This document shows positions 1 through 9,781 of a stretch of 21,015 nt of DNA, piece after piece. The notes below the pieces were generated by a model. That model had not been told where the DNA came from, searched no databases, and saw nothing but the letters and a program-made list of their open reading frames with translations. The position numbers and the translations under genes were made by a program. The stretch comes from Vulcanimicrobiota bacterium (GTDB lineage: Bacteria > Vulcanimicrobiota > Vulcanimicrobiia > Vulcanimicrobiales > Vulcanimicrobiaceae). The stretch lies in NCBI GenBank assembly GCA_963733295.1, contig CAVTCS010000011.1:1-21015 (forward strand), written 5' to 3'. Position 1 is the stretch's first letter. The number at the start of each line of letters is the position of its first letter.

Positions 1-87
1 GCGCACCCACGTGCGGCGCCTCACTGCGTCCCGGTCGCTGCTTCACCCGCTTTCATCGCAGGAGCATAAGGTCGCGCTCGGCCTCGG

Positions 88-1112
88 TCATTGAACCGTT
101 AGTTCGACCCTGTCCTTTACGAGATAGAAACCGGAGCCGCTCGAGCTCAAGATCTTGAGCGAGACTGTGTGACTGCCTTTCGAAAGCGACTCGGCTGGAA
201 TCGTGATGAAGAAACCCGACGGCGCCAACGCATCGACGTGATAGACGGATGCGACATCCGCGCGCGTGCCACCATACTGCGCACGAAACTCCTTGTTACC
301 GTCAACTAGCGCTACGACGCCCGCAGCGGGCGTCTTCGAAACCTTGTCGATCGCCCACCCGGCGAACACCACGGGATCGCTGGCCCGCATCGTCACTAAC
401 GCAGGATGTTCGCTGACGACCGACATCGACCGGTCAGCCACGAGAACCAGTCGAGTGAATAATCGGGCGCTCCGGGCAATAGTCCGGTCTTTTTTGACGC
501 GGGTGGCGCGCCGAGCACTGTTAGCGAAATCCAGTTTGGTTCAACGTAGAATCCCGAGCGGGCCCCGCTTCCGATCAGCAGGCTCAGGTGATGCCCTCCG
601 GGCTGCAGCATCGACGCTGGAATGTCAAACGCATAGCCCGACCTTGCGTAGTTCGGATTCCTCAAGGCCTGCGCGACATCGGGACGGTTACCGAGGATAC
701 CTTGGACGCGCGCGAACTCGTCGACTTGCACAAAGATGCTCGACGGTGCGCTTTCGGCGGCCTGATCGACGGCCCAGCCGAGAAGCTGAAGCGTCTCGCC
801 GGCCGGGATCGAAAGCTGCACGTGCCTGTCGTGTTGAGGCGGCTGCTGTTTACCGTCGTACGAGATCGTATCCAACGCAAAGAGCGGTTTCCCCGGCAGC
901 ACGCCCATCGCGGCGGGAAAAGCCGTCTCCGTCGCATCTGTCCCGGCGACTCCGCCTTGTGACCCCGTTTGTGAGACGACGATTCCGACTAGCAAAATCA
1001 GAATGGCCAGCGTACCGATCGTGGATTCGAGCCAATACTTCGCCAAGAACCGAGTGAGACTGAAAGCCGCCTGGTTGGCGTGACCGTCTTCGGAATCGTT
1101 CATATTCACCAT
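88..1112 (-). CDS. Membrane-anchored protein with two tandem Ig-like (GW-x-x-D...R-x-DVA...SG[FY]) domains; one frameshift near 441
   Basis: ORFs 396..1112 and 88..441 join across a 1-bp shift. There is an N-terminal hydrophobic helix (TIGTLAILILLVGIVV). Domain 1 reads GWAVD..GNRPDVA..SGY..GGHHL and domain 2 reads GWAID..YGGTRADVA..SGF..GSHTV. Confidence 0.75.
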
Positions 1113-1115
1113 TTG

Positions 1116-3130
1116 CTACGGGTTATAAGAGATAGCCTCGAAGCGTACCACGACTTTCGATGAAAATGCATGCCGGACGCTCGGGACAAACCGGATGCTG
1201 CGAACGGCTGACGGCAGCCGTCCTTCCAGCAGCGCTTTTACCTCGTCCAGGCTCGAAGGAAACGGCCCCACTAACATGCCGTCGCTGGCCGTTTCCGGCA
1301 AGACACGGTAGCTGAAGGACCGGCCGGCGGTATCGGTCACCTCTGCGTACACGAGAGGCGAGCGGTAGAGCAGCGTAAGCAGCTTGCCCGCCACATTTAG
1401 CCGCACGTCGAGCGACAGAATTGTGAGACCGCGGCCTCCTGCGATTTCCACCGGTTGGTTCCAGTCAATCGTTTGTTCTTGCAGCAAATGGCGCGGTCCA
1501 CAGCGTCGTGCCGTTCGGCGTAACAAAGCGACTTGCGCGCTTGCGACCGGAAATACGTCCCGTTCACGTCGGCAACGGCATAATTGCAGAGCAACGCCAA
1601 CGTTGCGGCAGGCTGATCCCAGAGCGGATACCGGCCGTCGATCGTCGTCCAGTCAAATAGCTCGTACTCGGCGCCCGAAGTCTCGACATGCCGTGCGTCG
1701 AGCCCGTCCAGCGCGGACGTATAAGCGGAGTAGCCTTGAAAGACGGGCGTTGGCTTCCAGGAAAGTCCGTTCGCGAAGATCTCCGCAGTCTCGGCCGGCC
1801 ATGCATCGACGGCGGAACGCCCGATGCGCGACACGATCTGTGTCGGCAGACGATCTGCAGTTAAGTCGTCGCTGAACGATTGGCGCACGGCGCTGCCGTC
1901 CGTCCACAGCGCCGCGACGTTCGCAGCATCGGTCGGCAGCGTAAATGGATTCAACGCCTTGACGACCGGGGAAGGGAAGGGCTCGTAGCGTACGACGAAC
2001 CACCAAGCTCCCAAGAGCAAGGCGGCTGCCGCACCGTTGACGCGGAGGAGCCGCGAAGACGCCGAGCTTGGGATCACGAGTGCGACGATCGAAAATGCCG
2101 CCCAAAACGTGAAGATAACGTGACCATCCTGGCGCACGAAGCCCTCTTTGAATTCTAAGAAGGCTACAAGGGCGAGGGCGAGGGCAACCCCGAGACCGAG
2201 CGTGCGAACGTTGCCGGCCAAAATCAACGCGACGACGGCAAGAACGCCAAACGCCAGCACGAGTTGCCAACTCGGACCTTCAATCATCATCGCGGACGAG
2301 TAGCCGGAAGCAATCTGCAGAGAGTATTGCAGATACTCGCCGTACGCCGGCAGGATTGCCACCGCGATCGCACACAGAACCGCCACGGCCGCGAAGATGG
2401 ACGACGGCACTCCAGACGCACGATCCCGTGCGAGTAGCGCCGCCGCGGCGACAGCCGCTAGCGCGAGCGAAACGAGCACTCCGGACTTCGCGTATGCGAA
2501 CGACGCGCCGGATGCGACGACGACGGCCACAAGGAATGCAAGTGCTCTGGCGGTATTCAACCGCGGCGGAAAGCCCGGCAGCGCGAACACGGCGAGGCCG
2601 CCGGCGACGGCCGCTATGCCAAGGTTGAATTTGACGAGCAGCGCGAGGCCGCTTAAGAAGCCGATTGCGACTGCCGGCGCGCTGCCGCGCGCGGCTCTCG
2701 TCCAAGGGCTGACCCAGAGCAGCATCAAGCTCAACAAGAAGACGTCCGGCGTCCATGCCTCGGTGACGGCAAAAGCGATGGCGATGACGAACGCGCACTT
2801 GACCGCGAAAGACGCGCGGCCGGTGAGGTTGATCGCGACGGCAAGCGCACAGAGAGCGGCAAGCGCGAAAGCGAAGGCGACCATTCCCCGGTAAGCGCTC
2901 CACACCGCCGAGCCCGCCACCAAATAACCGAGTGGCCCGTATGTAAAAACGATGTCCCTCCCGAACGCGAGTCCGGCTAGATGTGCCTCGGTGAGCGCGA
3001 GCTGCCACGAGCCGTCGACGCCAGTCGATACCAACGGTGGCAAACGCAAGGCACGCAGAAATACGAAAACCGAAACGAGCACTAGGGAGGCCCACTCCCA
3101 GGGCGCGCCGCGGGTTCGGGACGAACTCAA
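1116..3130 (-). CDS. Polytopic membrane protein, putative GT-C-type (lipid-linked sugar) glycosyltransferase with C-terminal soluble domain; frameshift(s) near 1490-1560
   Basis: ORF 1397..3130 has more than 10 hydrophobic segments and an acidic first loop (DGSWQLAL...FGRDIVFTYGPLGY). ORF 1116..1526 supplies the C-terminus. The GT-C assignment is inferred from topology and context. Confidence 0.6.
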
Positions 3131-3140
3131 ACCGCGTCCG

Positions 3141-4136
3141 CTACGAGGCGTTGCGCGCTTTTAGAGATGCCGCGACGTAACGGTGCGTGTCATCGATTAT
3201 GAAGTCGATGCCGTACTTGGGCTCCCAGCCGATCGCCTTCTTCAACTTCTGGTTGAGCCCGATCCTGAATCGCACGTCGGCGGGCGGGACCGGCATCGGT
3301 TTAACGGGCGGGAAGTTCGTACCACGGTTCACGCGCGCCCAAATCTTCTTGGCAAGCTCGCCGATCTTCTCCGTACTTTCCCCGCAGATATTGAAGTCGT
3401 CGTTTTCAAGGCCGTTTTGTAGCATCGCAGCGAGCGCCTCCGAGATATCCTTAGCGTGAGTGAAGGTTCGCACTTGCTCGCCGTCGCCGAAAATCTCAAA
3501 GGGCGTCTGCTTGACGATCGCCTTGTAGACGAAGTCGGGTATGACGTGCGACATTCCGAACTCGACGCTTCCATCCGACTTGATGTCCGGCAGCTCGCCG
3601 CTCCCCACGGCGTTAAACGGACGCACGATGAGGTAGCGTAAGCCGAATTCCTGGTGCGCGCCTCGCGTCATGAACTCTCCGAACAGCTTCTGCATGCCGT
3701 AGTTGGTCACGGGCACCGGCTGTTGCAGGGAATCGGCCTCGGTGACAGGGCGGTCCATCCGCTCGTAGATCATCGACGAAGAAAAGTAGACGAACAGCGC
3801 CTCGGGGGCAGCGGCCAGCGTCGAATCGATCGCGTGTGCGAGAAGCTCGGTGTTATCGCGCGAGATACGATACGGGATCTTGTGAAAGTAGCGAATACCG
3901 CCGATCAGCGCTGCAAGACATAGGATGACGTCGTATCCCTTGAACTCCATGGGATACATCGTCCGAACGTCCTTAATTTCGAGCCTGACATTCGGATGCT
4001 CGTAGAAATCGTGCTCGATATAACCGTATTTCGAGAAGTTGTCGATGATCGTCACGCGGTGGCCTGCGTTGAGCAGCTCTCGTACGACGTACGATCCAAT
4101 GAAGCCGGCACCACCGAGGCACAGAATGTTCTTCAC
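3141..4136 (-). CDS. NAD-dependent nucleotide-sugar epimerase/dehydratase (extended SDR)
   Basis: Intact 331-aa ORF with GGAGFIG Rossmann motif, catalytic YGMQK (YxxxK), RPFN and GDGEQVRTF motifs. AGGAG lies upstream of the GTG start. Confidence 0.92.
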   Translation of the reverse strand: MKNILCLGGAGFIGSYVVRELLNAGHRVTIIDNFSKYGYIEHDFYEHPNVRLEIKDVRTMYPMEFKGYDVILCLAALIGGIRYFHKIPYRISRDNTELLAHAIDSTLAAAPEALFVYFSSSMIYERMDRPVTEADSLQQPVPVTNYGMQKLFGEFMTRGAHQEFGLRYLIVRPFNAVGSGELPDIKSDGSVEFGMSHVIPDFVYKAIVKQTPFEIFGDGEQVRTFTHAKDISEALAAMLQNGLENDDFNICGESTEKIGELAKKIWARVNRGTNFPPVKPMPVPPADVRFRIGLNQKLKKAIGWEPKYGIDFIIDDTHRYVAASLKARNAS

Positions 4137-4144
4137 GTTTTCTC

Positions 4145-4860
4145 CTAGATGTTAGCTGACGAGGTGCGTCTCCGGAACGCGTACGTATACCACCGCATAT
4201 AGTGAGGGAGCCATTTCCGAATGTTGAAGCGCGAAGTTCCCGATACGCGGTCCCGCCAGGTCGTCGGGATTTCACCGATCCGATAGCCCGCGACATACGC
4301 CTTCACCACGAGCTCGAGTCCAATTTCGAATCCTGCTCGCGATTGTATAAGTGTCGCCCCGATGAACGCGCCTCGATACATTTTGAAATTGTTGGTTGCG
4401 TCGTGCGTCGGTATGCCGCTGAGCAAATGAAGTGAAAGCCCGGCCGTACGCGACATGAGACTCTTGAGAGGTGGCCCCCCGATCTGCCGGCCACCACGCA
4501 TATAGCGGGAACCGCACACGACGTCGTAACGGTTTTCCTCGATCAACTCGTACATCGTGTTAATATCGTTAAGGTCGTCGGATAAGTCCGCCATAGTGAC
4601 GGCGACGGCGGTGCAACCGGCACCCCCTTCCAAGCCCGTTTTAACTGCATTTAACGCGCCACGGCCGTATCTATTCTTTAGGAGGCGAATCGGAAAGGGT
4701 GAGGCTGCATCCGCTCCCGGACGATCGGCAGCGTGTCGTCCTCGTCGAAATCGTAGACGATCGTCAGTTCGAACGGCACGCGAACCTGCGCCGCAACGGA
4801 GTCCAAAAGGTGCCCGATATTCCCAGCTTCGTTGTAGACTGGACAGACTAGCGATAGCAT
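4145..4860 (-). CDS. GT2 polyprenyl-phosphate glycosyltransferase (DPM1/GtrB-like); frameshift near 4695
   Basis: MLSLVCPVYNE...DFDEDDT joins IRLLKNRYGRGALNAVKTG...TMADLSDD...DVVCGSRYMRGG...HDATNNFKMYR...EIPTTWRDRVSGTSRF, which are DPM-synthase family motifs. Confidence 0.85.
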
Positions 4861-4882
4861 CAGACGAAAATGCGGGGCCGCT

Positions 4883-6142
4883 TCAGAGGACGCAACCTCC
4901 GCCCCACATGTTCCATACGTCTACGACGACTTTGCCGTCCGGAATCGTGAGGTCGCGGTACTCACGATGTGGAGCGCCGAGGATGACGACGTCGCAGCGT
5001 TCGACGAGCTCATCTGCGGGCACGAAGCCAGCCTCCGCAATATAAACGTCCGAGCAAAGGACCTTCTTGCTCTCGAAGGCGAGCACCTTACGCAGCTTAT
5101 ACGAAAGCGACTCACGCTTGTCGTCGCTATTCGCCTTGAAGGCCATCCCTAAGATGCCAACAGTAAGCTGCGTGAGGTCGCAACGGCGCTTCAATCTGTC
5201 GACCAAATAGTTTGGTAGCCCTTCGTTTACGAGCATCGCGGCGTGGCCGAGATAGAATCTATTGTTGTTGAACGCGGCTAACTGCATCGCGTCCTTAAAA
5301 AGACACGGCCCAGCTGCAAAACCCGGCTTGGGCAAGTCCTTTGCGCGTGGATAGTTATGGGTCATCGCATGGTGGATGCGATAGAAATCGGCGCCGTGGT
5401 CGTTCGCAAGCATAAAAAATTGGTTAGCGGTCGCGAATAGGGTATAACGCCACGTATTCGTGAACAACTTTGCCAGTTCGGCCTCGATCGGGTCGAGCTC
5501 CACGACGTCCTGGGTCAAGGGGGCGAAGAGGTCGCGACAGCGCTGCAGACCTTCGGCTGAGTACGAGGAGATGATCTGGGGCAGCGTCCGCAGTTCTTCC
5601 ATCGCGTGCCCCTCGGCAATGCGTTCCGGGCAAAACGCGACTTCAACGTCCTTTCCGCTTTCGCACAGCAGACGCTTGAGGCGATCGGTCGTTCCGGGAT
5701 ACACCGTACTCCGCAAGACCAGAAGTTGTCCGTCGACGAGATGTTCCGACAGCGAATTCATGAGCGCACGGATCGGATCAAACTCCGGATTCAGATGGCG
5801 ATCGACCGGAGTTCCGATCACGACGATGACGACGTCGGCATCCGAAACCACGCGCGAGTCCAGGCTGAGGTGGAGCGTGCCGCGCGCGAGTGCTCCACGC
5901 AAGACTTCTTCGCACCCATCTTCCTTAAAGGGGACCTGGCCCGCACGGATCCGCTTCTCGGCAACCGGGTCGATGTCGAGTGCGCAGACCCGACGCCCCG
6001 CGCCGGCGAGAGAGACGGCGAGCGGCAGACCGACGTGTCCAAAGCCACCCACCACGACGATGTCGTAGGGTTTGGTGGGGGACCCGGGCTCAGGTCGCCG
6101 TTCAACGCTATCCGCAGCTGCGCTCGAATGGACGCTCGACAA
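4883..6142 (-). CDS. Nucleotide-sugar 6-dehydrogenase (UDP-glucose/GDP-mannose dehydrogenase family)
   Basis: Contains GFGHVGLP, IGTP, LRSTVYPGTT, CPERIAEG, AELAKLFTN, catalytic GPCLFKD and GMAFKANSDDKRES. The start is placed at TTG 6142 behind GAGGA. The longer ORF start at 6337 overlaps the upstream gene. Confidence 0.92.
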   Translation of the reverse strand: MSSVHSSAAADSVERRPEPGSPTKPYDIVVVGGFGHVGLPLAVSLAGAGRRVCALDIDPVAEKRIRAGQVPFKEDGCEEVLRGALARGTLHLSLDSRVVSDADVVIVVIGTPVDRHLNPEFDPIRALMNSLSEHLVDGQLLVLRSTVYPGTTDRLKRLLCESGKDVEVAFCPERIAEGHAMEELRTLPQIISSYSAEGLQRCRDLFAPLTQDVVELDPIEAELAKLFTNTWRYTLFATANQFFMLANDHGADFYRIHHAMTHNYPRAKDLPKPGFAAGPCLFKDAMQLAAFNNNRFYLGHAAMLVNEGLPNYLVDRLKRRCDLTQLTVGILGMAFKANSDDKRESLSYKLRKVLAFESKKVLCSDVYIAEAGFVPADELVERCDVVILGAPHREYRDLTIPDGKVVVDVWNMWGGGCVL

Positions 6143-6176
6143 ATCGATCCTCAGAGAATGGAGTACAGTACTCCGG

Positions 6177-7519
6177 TTATCGGCAAGAAGGCGGGCACCC
6201 TGCCCTCTGACCGCGTGCGGCCGGCCCTTCGCCGACGCCCAGAAGGCTCGCAAAGGCATCGCGAGCGGATGCCGCTGACGGATACAGCTGGCGCAACTGG
6301 TCATCGCTTGCCGTCTCGAAGTGGCGCGCAACATCATAATCAGCGGCGCGCGATGCGTATGTGGCCTGCATGTCGCTCAACCCCTCAAAGGTTTGTATGA
6401 CGAACAGAACCGCCCCAGCGTACAAGCTGAAGATCATCGCCAGCCTTGCGGTTCGCTGCAATTTCAGACCGCTCGATGCTAAGAAGCCGAGCGATACGAG
6501 CGCAATCCAGAGCAGCGACGACAGCGTCACATATCGTCCAGACAATGCCTGGTCGGCGCCGAGGCCCGCCCTCCCGACCGCGGTCAGTATCGAAGACAGA
6601 ATTGCGAAGGCCCCGAGCGCGATCCACGGAGCCATCCGGTCTCGTAGTTCGAACCCCTTATGTCGCCGGAGAGCCACTCCCACAGATAACGAGAAGCCGC
6701 CGAGGCCAAGCACTCCGAGCGCGACCGACAACCCAACACCGCCGGGTCGTCCAAGCGCGCCGCCGAGATACGCCAGGACGTACAACACGACCGTGCCCGC
6801 CGCGGCGTGTTCCGCACCCGACGTCGAATGCCCCAGATATTCGTACCCGTAAAAATAAAGACATATGGCCAGAACGGCGGAGCCGACCCATACGAGCAGG
6901 TTGCGCCGGTTCAAAGGGCTCGCTAACGCCAGCGCAACCGCCCCAACCGGCCAAACGTTGAGTCCGAATAGGCTCGAGAACGAAGCGATGTAGGCAGCCG
7001 TAATGGCCAATGCAAATGCGGCTGCTGGGCGCCGCCTCCGTTGGAGGAAAAAAAGCAATGCGAAAAGGCACGTGTTGATTAAGAACCAAACGGTTTGAAA
7101 ACCCCACAACCAATTCTCCGTTTGCCCCAGCGAAAAAAGCAGCAGGGACTCGATGGCAAAGACGACCAGCGCCGATTTGCCTCCAATCGTCGCCCGCAAT
7201 AGCAGGAGGAGAAAAAGCTGCCCGACGACGGCGATCGCGAGGCTCGCAAGACATTCGCGCAACTGGCTCCAGCCGCCGAGGCTCGCCAGTCCGAGAGCGA
7301 TCAACTTGCCGAACAAGATGCGGTGGTCGTTGTGTTGTGCCCACAACGGTCCAAAGCTGATAGAGCCTTTGTGTAGCGATACGATGAGCGGCGCCCACTC
7401 GATTTCATCCTCGAACGGCACGTTGACCGCAAAGCGCGCGATAAGGAGCGCCACTCCAGAGGCGGAAGCATCGCAAGCACAGCCCAGGCGAGGCCAATGG
7501 AGTTAGAAAAGCTCTTCAC
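6177..7519 (-). CDS. Polytopic membrane protein, putative GT-C-like glycosyltransferase; frameshift near 7460
   Basis: GTG start at 7519 (MKSFSNSIGLAWAVLAMLPP) continues into ORF 6177..7454. It has about 10 hydrophobic segments and a first-loop motif VNVPFEDEIEW...LWAQHNDHRI. Function is inferred. Confidence 0.6.
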
Positions 7520-7541
7520 GGATGACTAGCCGCAGGCTCGC

Positions 7542-8186
7542 GTGCCAAACCAACTGACTGCAACTATCCTCTTGACCGCAACCTGTGCGGCGCTTTCGTA
7601 TTTCTCCTTTCGCCGCACACGCGACGCAACGCTGTCGGCAACGCTCGGAATCATTGTGTTTCTCGCGTTTGTGGCCGGTTCGCTGTTCCGGCCCGTCGAC
7701 TTCGCTCCAAAACGCGTGTCGCTCGAGACCGGTGTCGCCGAGCATGTCGAGGGGGACGATCGCGCCGCCGTCAAGCTCGACCGGCAGGCGCTCGACAATC
7801 TCCCGAAATTCCGGTGCCGGCCAACGGGCATATCGATTTCGTCGGCGTGCGTCGAAATGGGGCGTCGAGTCGTCCGGCGCTCCCGTACTGCATGCGGGCG
7901 ACGAGCTGGTGTTGCGCGGGTCGATCGGCGATCCGATCGCCACGGCGCCGGCAGCGGCCTCATCGCAATCGTGAACTCTTCGCAGCGTTTCGACTTCTCA
8001 TCCGGATATATCGGTAGCGAGGCCGCGAGCGAGGGGGCGAACGCGGGAGCGGGTTTTGCGGTAGAATTGCCCGCTTCGTCGCTGCAACGGGGGAGCAGCC
8101 AGGTGCAACTGGCCGTCATAGCCGCCGACGAGCGCGGCTTCTTCAAATTGCCGGATAGGGTGACGGTCACGGTGACCGAACGGTAA
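7542..8186 (+). CDS. Membrane protein with two N-terminal TM helices and one degenerate Ig-like domain (compensating frameshifts ~7815-7950)
   Basis: Hydrophobic N-terminus. The alternate frame gives GDELVLRGSIGDP and the main frame gives AGFAVELPASSLQRGSSQVQL..GFFKLPDRVTVTV, which parallels SGFFITIPAESLSKGSHTVSL..GFYLVKDRVELTV of the 88-1112 protein. Confidence 0.6.
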   Translation: MPNQLTATILLTATCAALSYFSFRRTRDATLSATLGIIVFLAFVAGSLFRPVDFAPKRVSLETGVAEHVEGDDRAAVKLDRQALDNLPKFRCRPTGISISSACVEMGRRVVRRSRTACGRRAGVARVDRRSDRHGAGSGLIAIVNSSQRFDFSSGYIGSEAASEGANAGAGFAVELPASSLQRGSSQVQLAVIAADERGFFKLPDRVTVTVTER

Positions 8187-8192
8187 GCGCCA

Positions 8193-9023
8193 ATGCTGGA
8201 TCGTTTGAGCCCTGTGGAAACGCAATTAGGGCTGCCGAAAAGCCGCGCCGTGTCGACAGGACTAGAGAGATACCTCGACCTCGTCCGCATATATCGAGCC
8301 GCACGCTCAAGACCCGTTATGAGGCTCCATCTTGGGCGTTTACTGGTCGCTCTCGAACCCGATCTTGATGACGGGGATCTTTCCGCGATTTTCGGAACGG
8401 CATTTGCAAGCTACTACGGCAACTCGGTGTTGCGTTACGTCTTAGCCACTTTTACCGGCCTCGCGGTCTTAAACATCTTCTCCAATACGACCTCGCAGGC
8501 TCTTACGAGCGTCGTCGACAACGGCGGCCTTCTTAACAAGGTTCGGCTGCCCGTCAGCGTCTTTCCCCTATCGATCGTCGCATCGAACGCCTTCCAATTC
8601 GCGGTCGGCACGTTGCCTGTCCTGTGTCTCATTGCAGCCTTCGGCAGCCGCAGCCTACTCAACGTCCTCTGTGTCGTTTTTCCCGCCTTGTCGCTCCTGC
8701 TCGTCACTGTCGGGTTTTCGTACATCGTCAGCGCACTCTACGTCTTTTTCCGCGATCTGCCGTACATGTACGAGCTCGTCCTCTTCGTGGTGTGGATTAC
8801 CAGCCCGATCTTTTACCCAATCGATATCGTCCCGCTAAGAGTGCGGCCGTTTCTTGCATTGAACCCGCTCGTGCCGATCATTAGCAGTTTGCGTCAGATC
8901 GCGCTGACTCAAACGTTCCCAATTGATCCTCATCGGTGGAGCTTATTGACGGGGGTCGTGACGCTAGCCATCGGTTTGGCGGTCTTTCACGCGCTCCGTA
9001 AAGAGTTCATGGACCTGCTGTGA
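8193..9023 (+). CDS. wzm: ABC-2 polysaccharide exporter permease
   Basis: Reading across local frameshifts (~8295-8385) gives LKTRY-GSILGVYWSL-NPILMTG. It also has LLNKVRLP, YVFFRDL, SPIFYP and LNPL motifs, about 6 TM helices, and lies directly upstream of the ATPase. Confidence 0.9.
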   Translation: MLDRLSPVETQLGLPKSRAVSTGLERYLDLVRIYRAARSRPVMRLHLGRLLVALEPDLDDGDLSAIFGTAFASYYGNSVLRYVLATFTGLAVLNIFSNTTSQALTSVVDNGGLLNKVRLPVSVFPLSIVASNAFQFAVGTLPVLCLIAAFGSRSLLNVLCVVFPALSLLLVTVGFSYIVSALYVFFRDLPYMYELVLFVVWITSPIFYPIDIVPLRVRPFLALNPLVPIISSLRQIALTQTFPIDPHRWSLLTGVVTLAIGLAVFHALRKEFMDLL

Positions 9024-9773
9024 ACGCGATAGAATCAACGGCATAACGCTTCGGCGCCGCACCCAGGAGGAACTGAGTTACGATCTGAAGCGGTTGATCT
9101 TTCATTCGCTCACGAATCGTTATCGGAAACCTAAACGCCGCACCGTCCTGAACGAGGTAACCCTCACGTCGCCAAGGGTGAAAAAATTGGGATCATCGGC
9201 CCTAACGGTTCCGGAAAGTCTACCCCCCTGAAGGTAATCTGCGGGATATTGACGCCGTCTTCGGGTCGCGTCGCGGTAGACGGGAGAATCGCACCTTTGA
9301 TCGAGCTCGGCGCCGGGTTCGACCCAAATATGTCGGTTATCGACAACATTGTTTTCTACGGCGTCTTGCTTGGTTTTCCTGAAGCCGACATGCGCGGACG
9401 CGTCCAGTCGATCCTGACGTTCGCCGAGCTCGAAGATCACGCGAGAGAACCTCTCAAGGCCTTGTCCTCCGGGATGCTGGCGCGACTCGGCTTTGGGATC
9501 GCCACGGACGTCCGCCCCGATATTCTCTTGGTGGATGAAGTCCTGTCGGTCGGAGATCAGAGCATTCGTACGAAATCGAACGCGCGCATGCAAGAACTTT
9601 GGACCGAGCATTCGACGATCGTTCTCGTTTCACACGAGCTCGAGTTCATCGAAAAAGCGTGTACCCGCGCACTCTGGATGCAGGAGGGACGGATCGCGAT
9701 GTTAGGTCCTGCTGCGGAGGTAACGGACAGCTACCGGAATTCTGCTGGAGTTCCGCCGCTCTTGCCGGTCTAG
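9020..9773 (+). CDS. wzt: ABC polysaccharide exporter ATP-binding subunit, short form without C-terminal carbohydrate-binding module; frameshifts near 9035 and 9168
   Basis: GTG overlaps the wzm TGA. It has Walker A GPNGSGKST (~9198), ELGAGFDP, signature LSSGM, Walker B ILLVDE and H-loop VSH, and ends about 45 aa after the H-loop. Confidence 0.9.
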
Positions 9774-9781
9774 CATTTGCC

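Noticed and set aside
1..87. Possible start of a further minus-strand gene at the window edge
   Set aside because: Too short, and the candidate ATG frames hit stops, so it cannot be supported.
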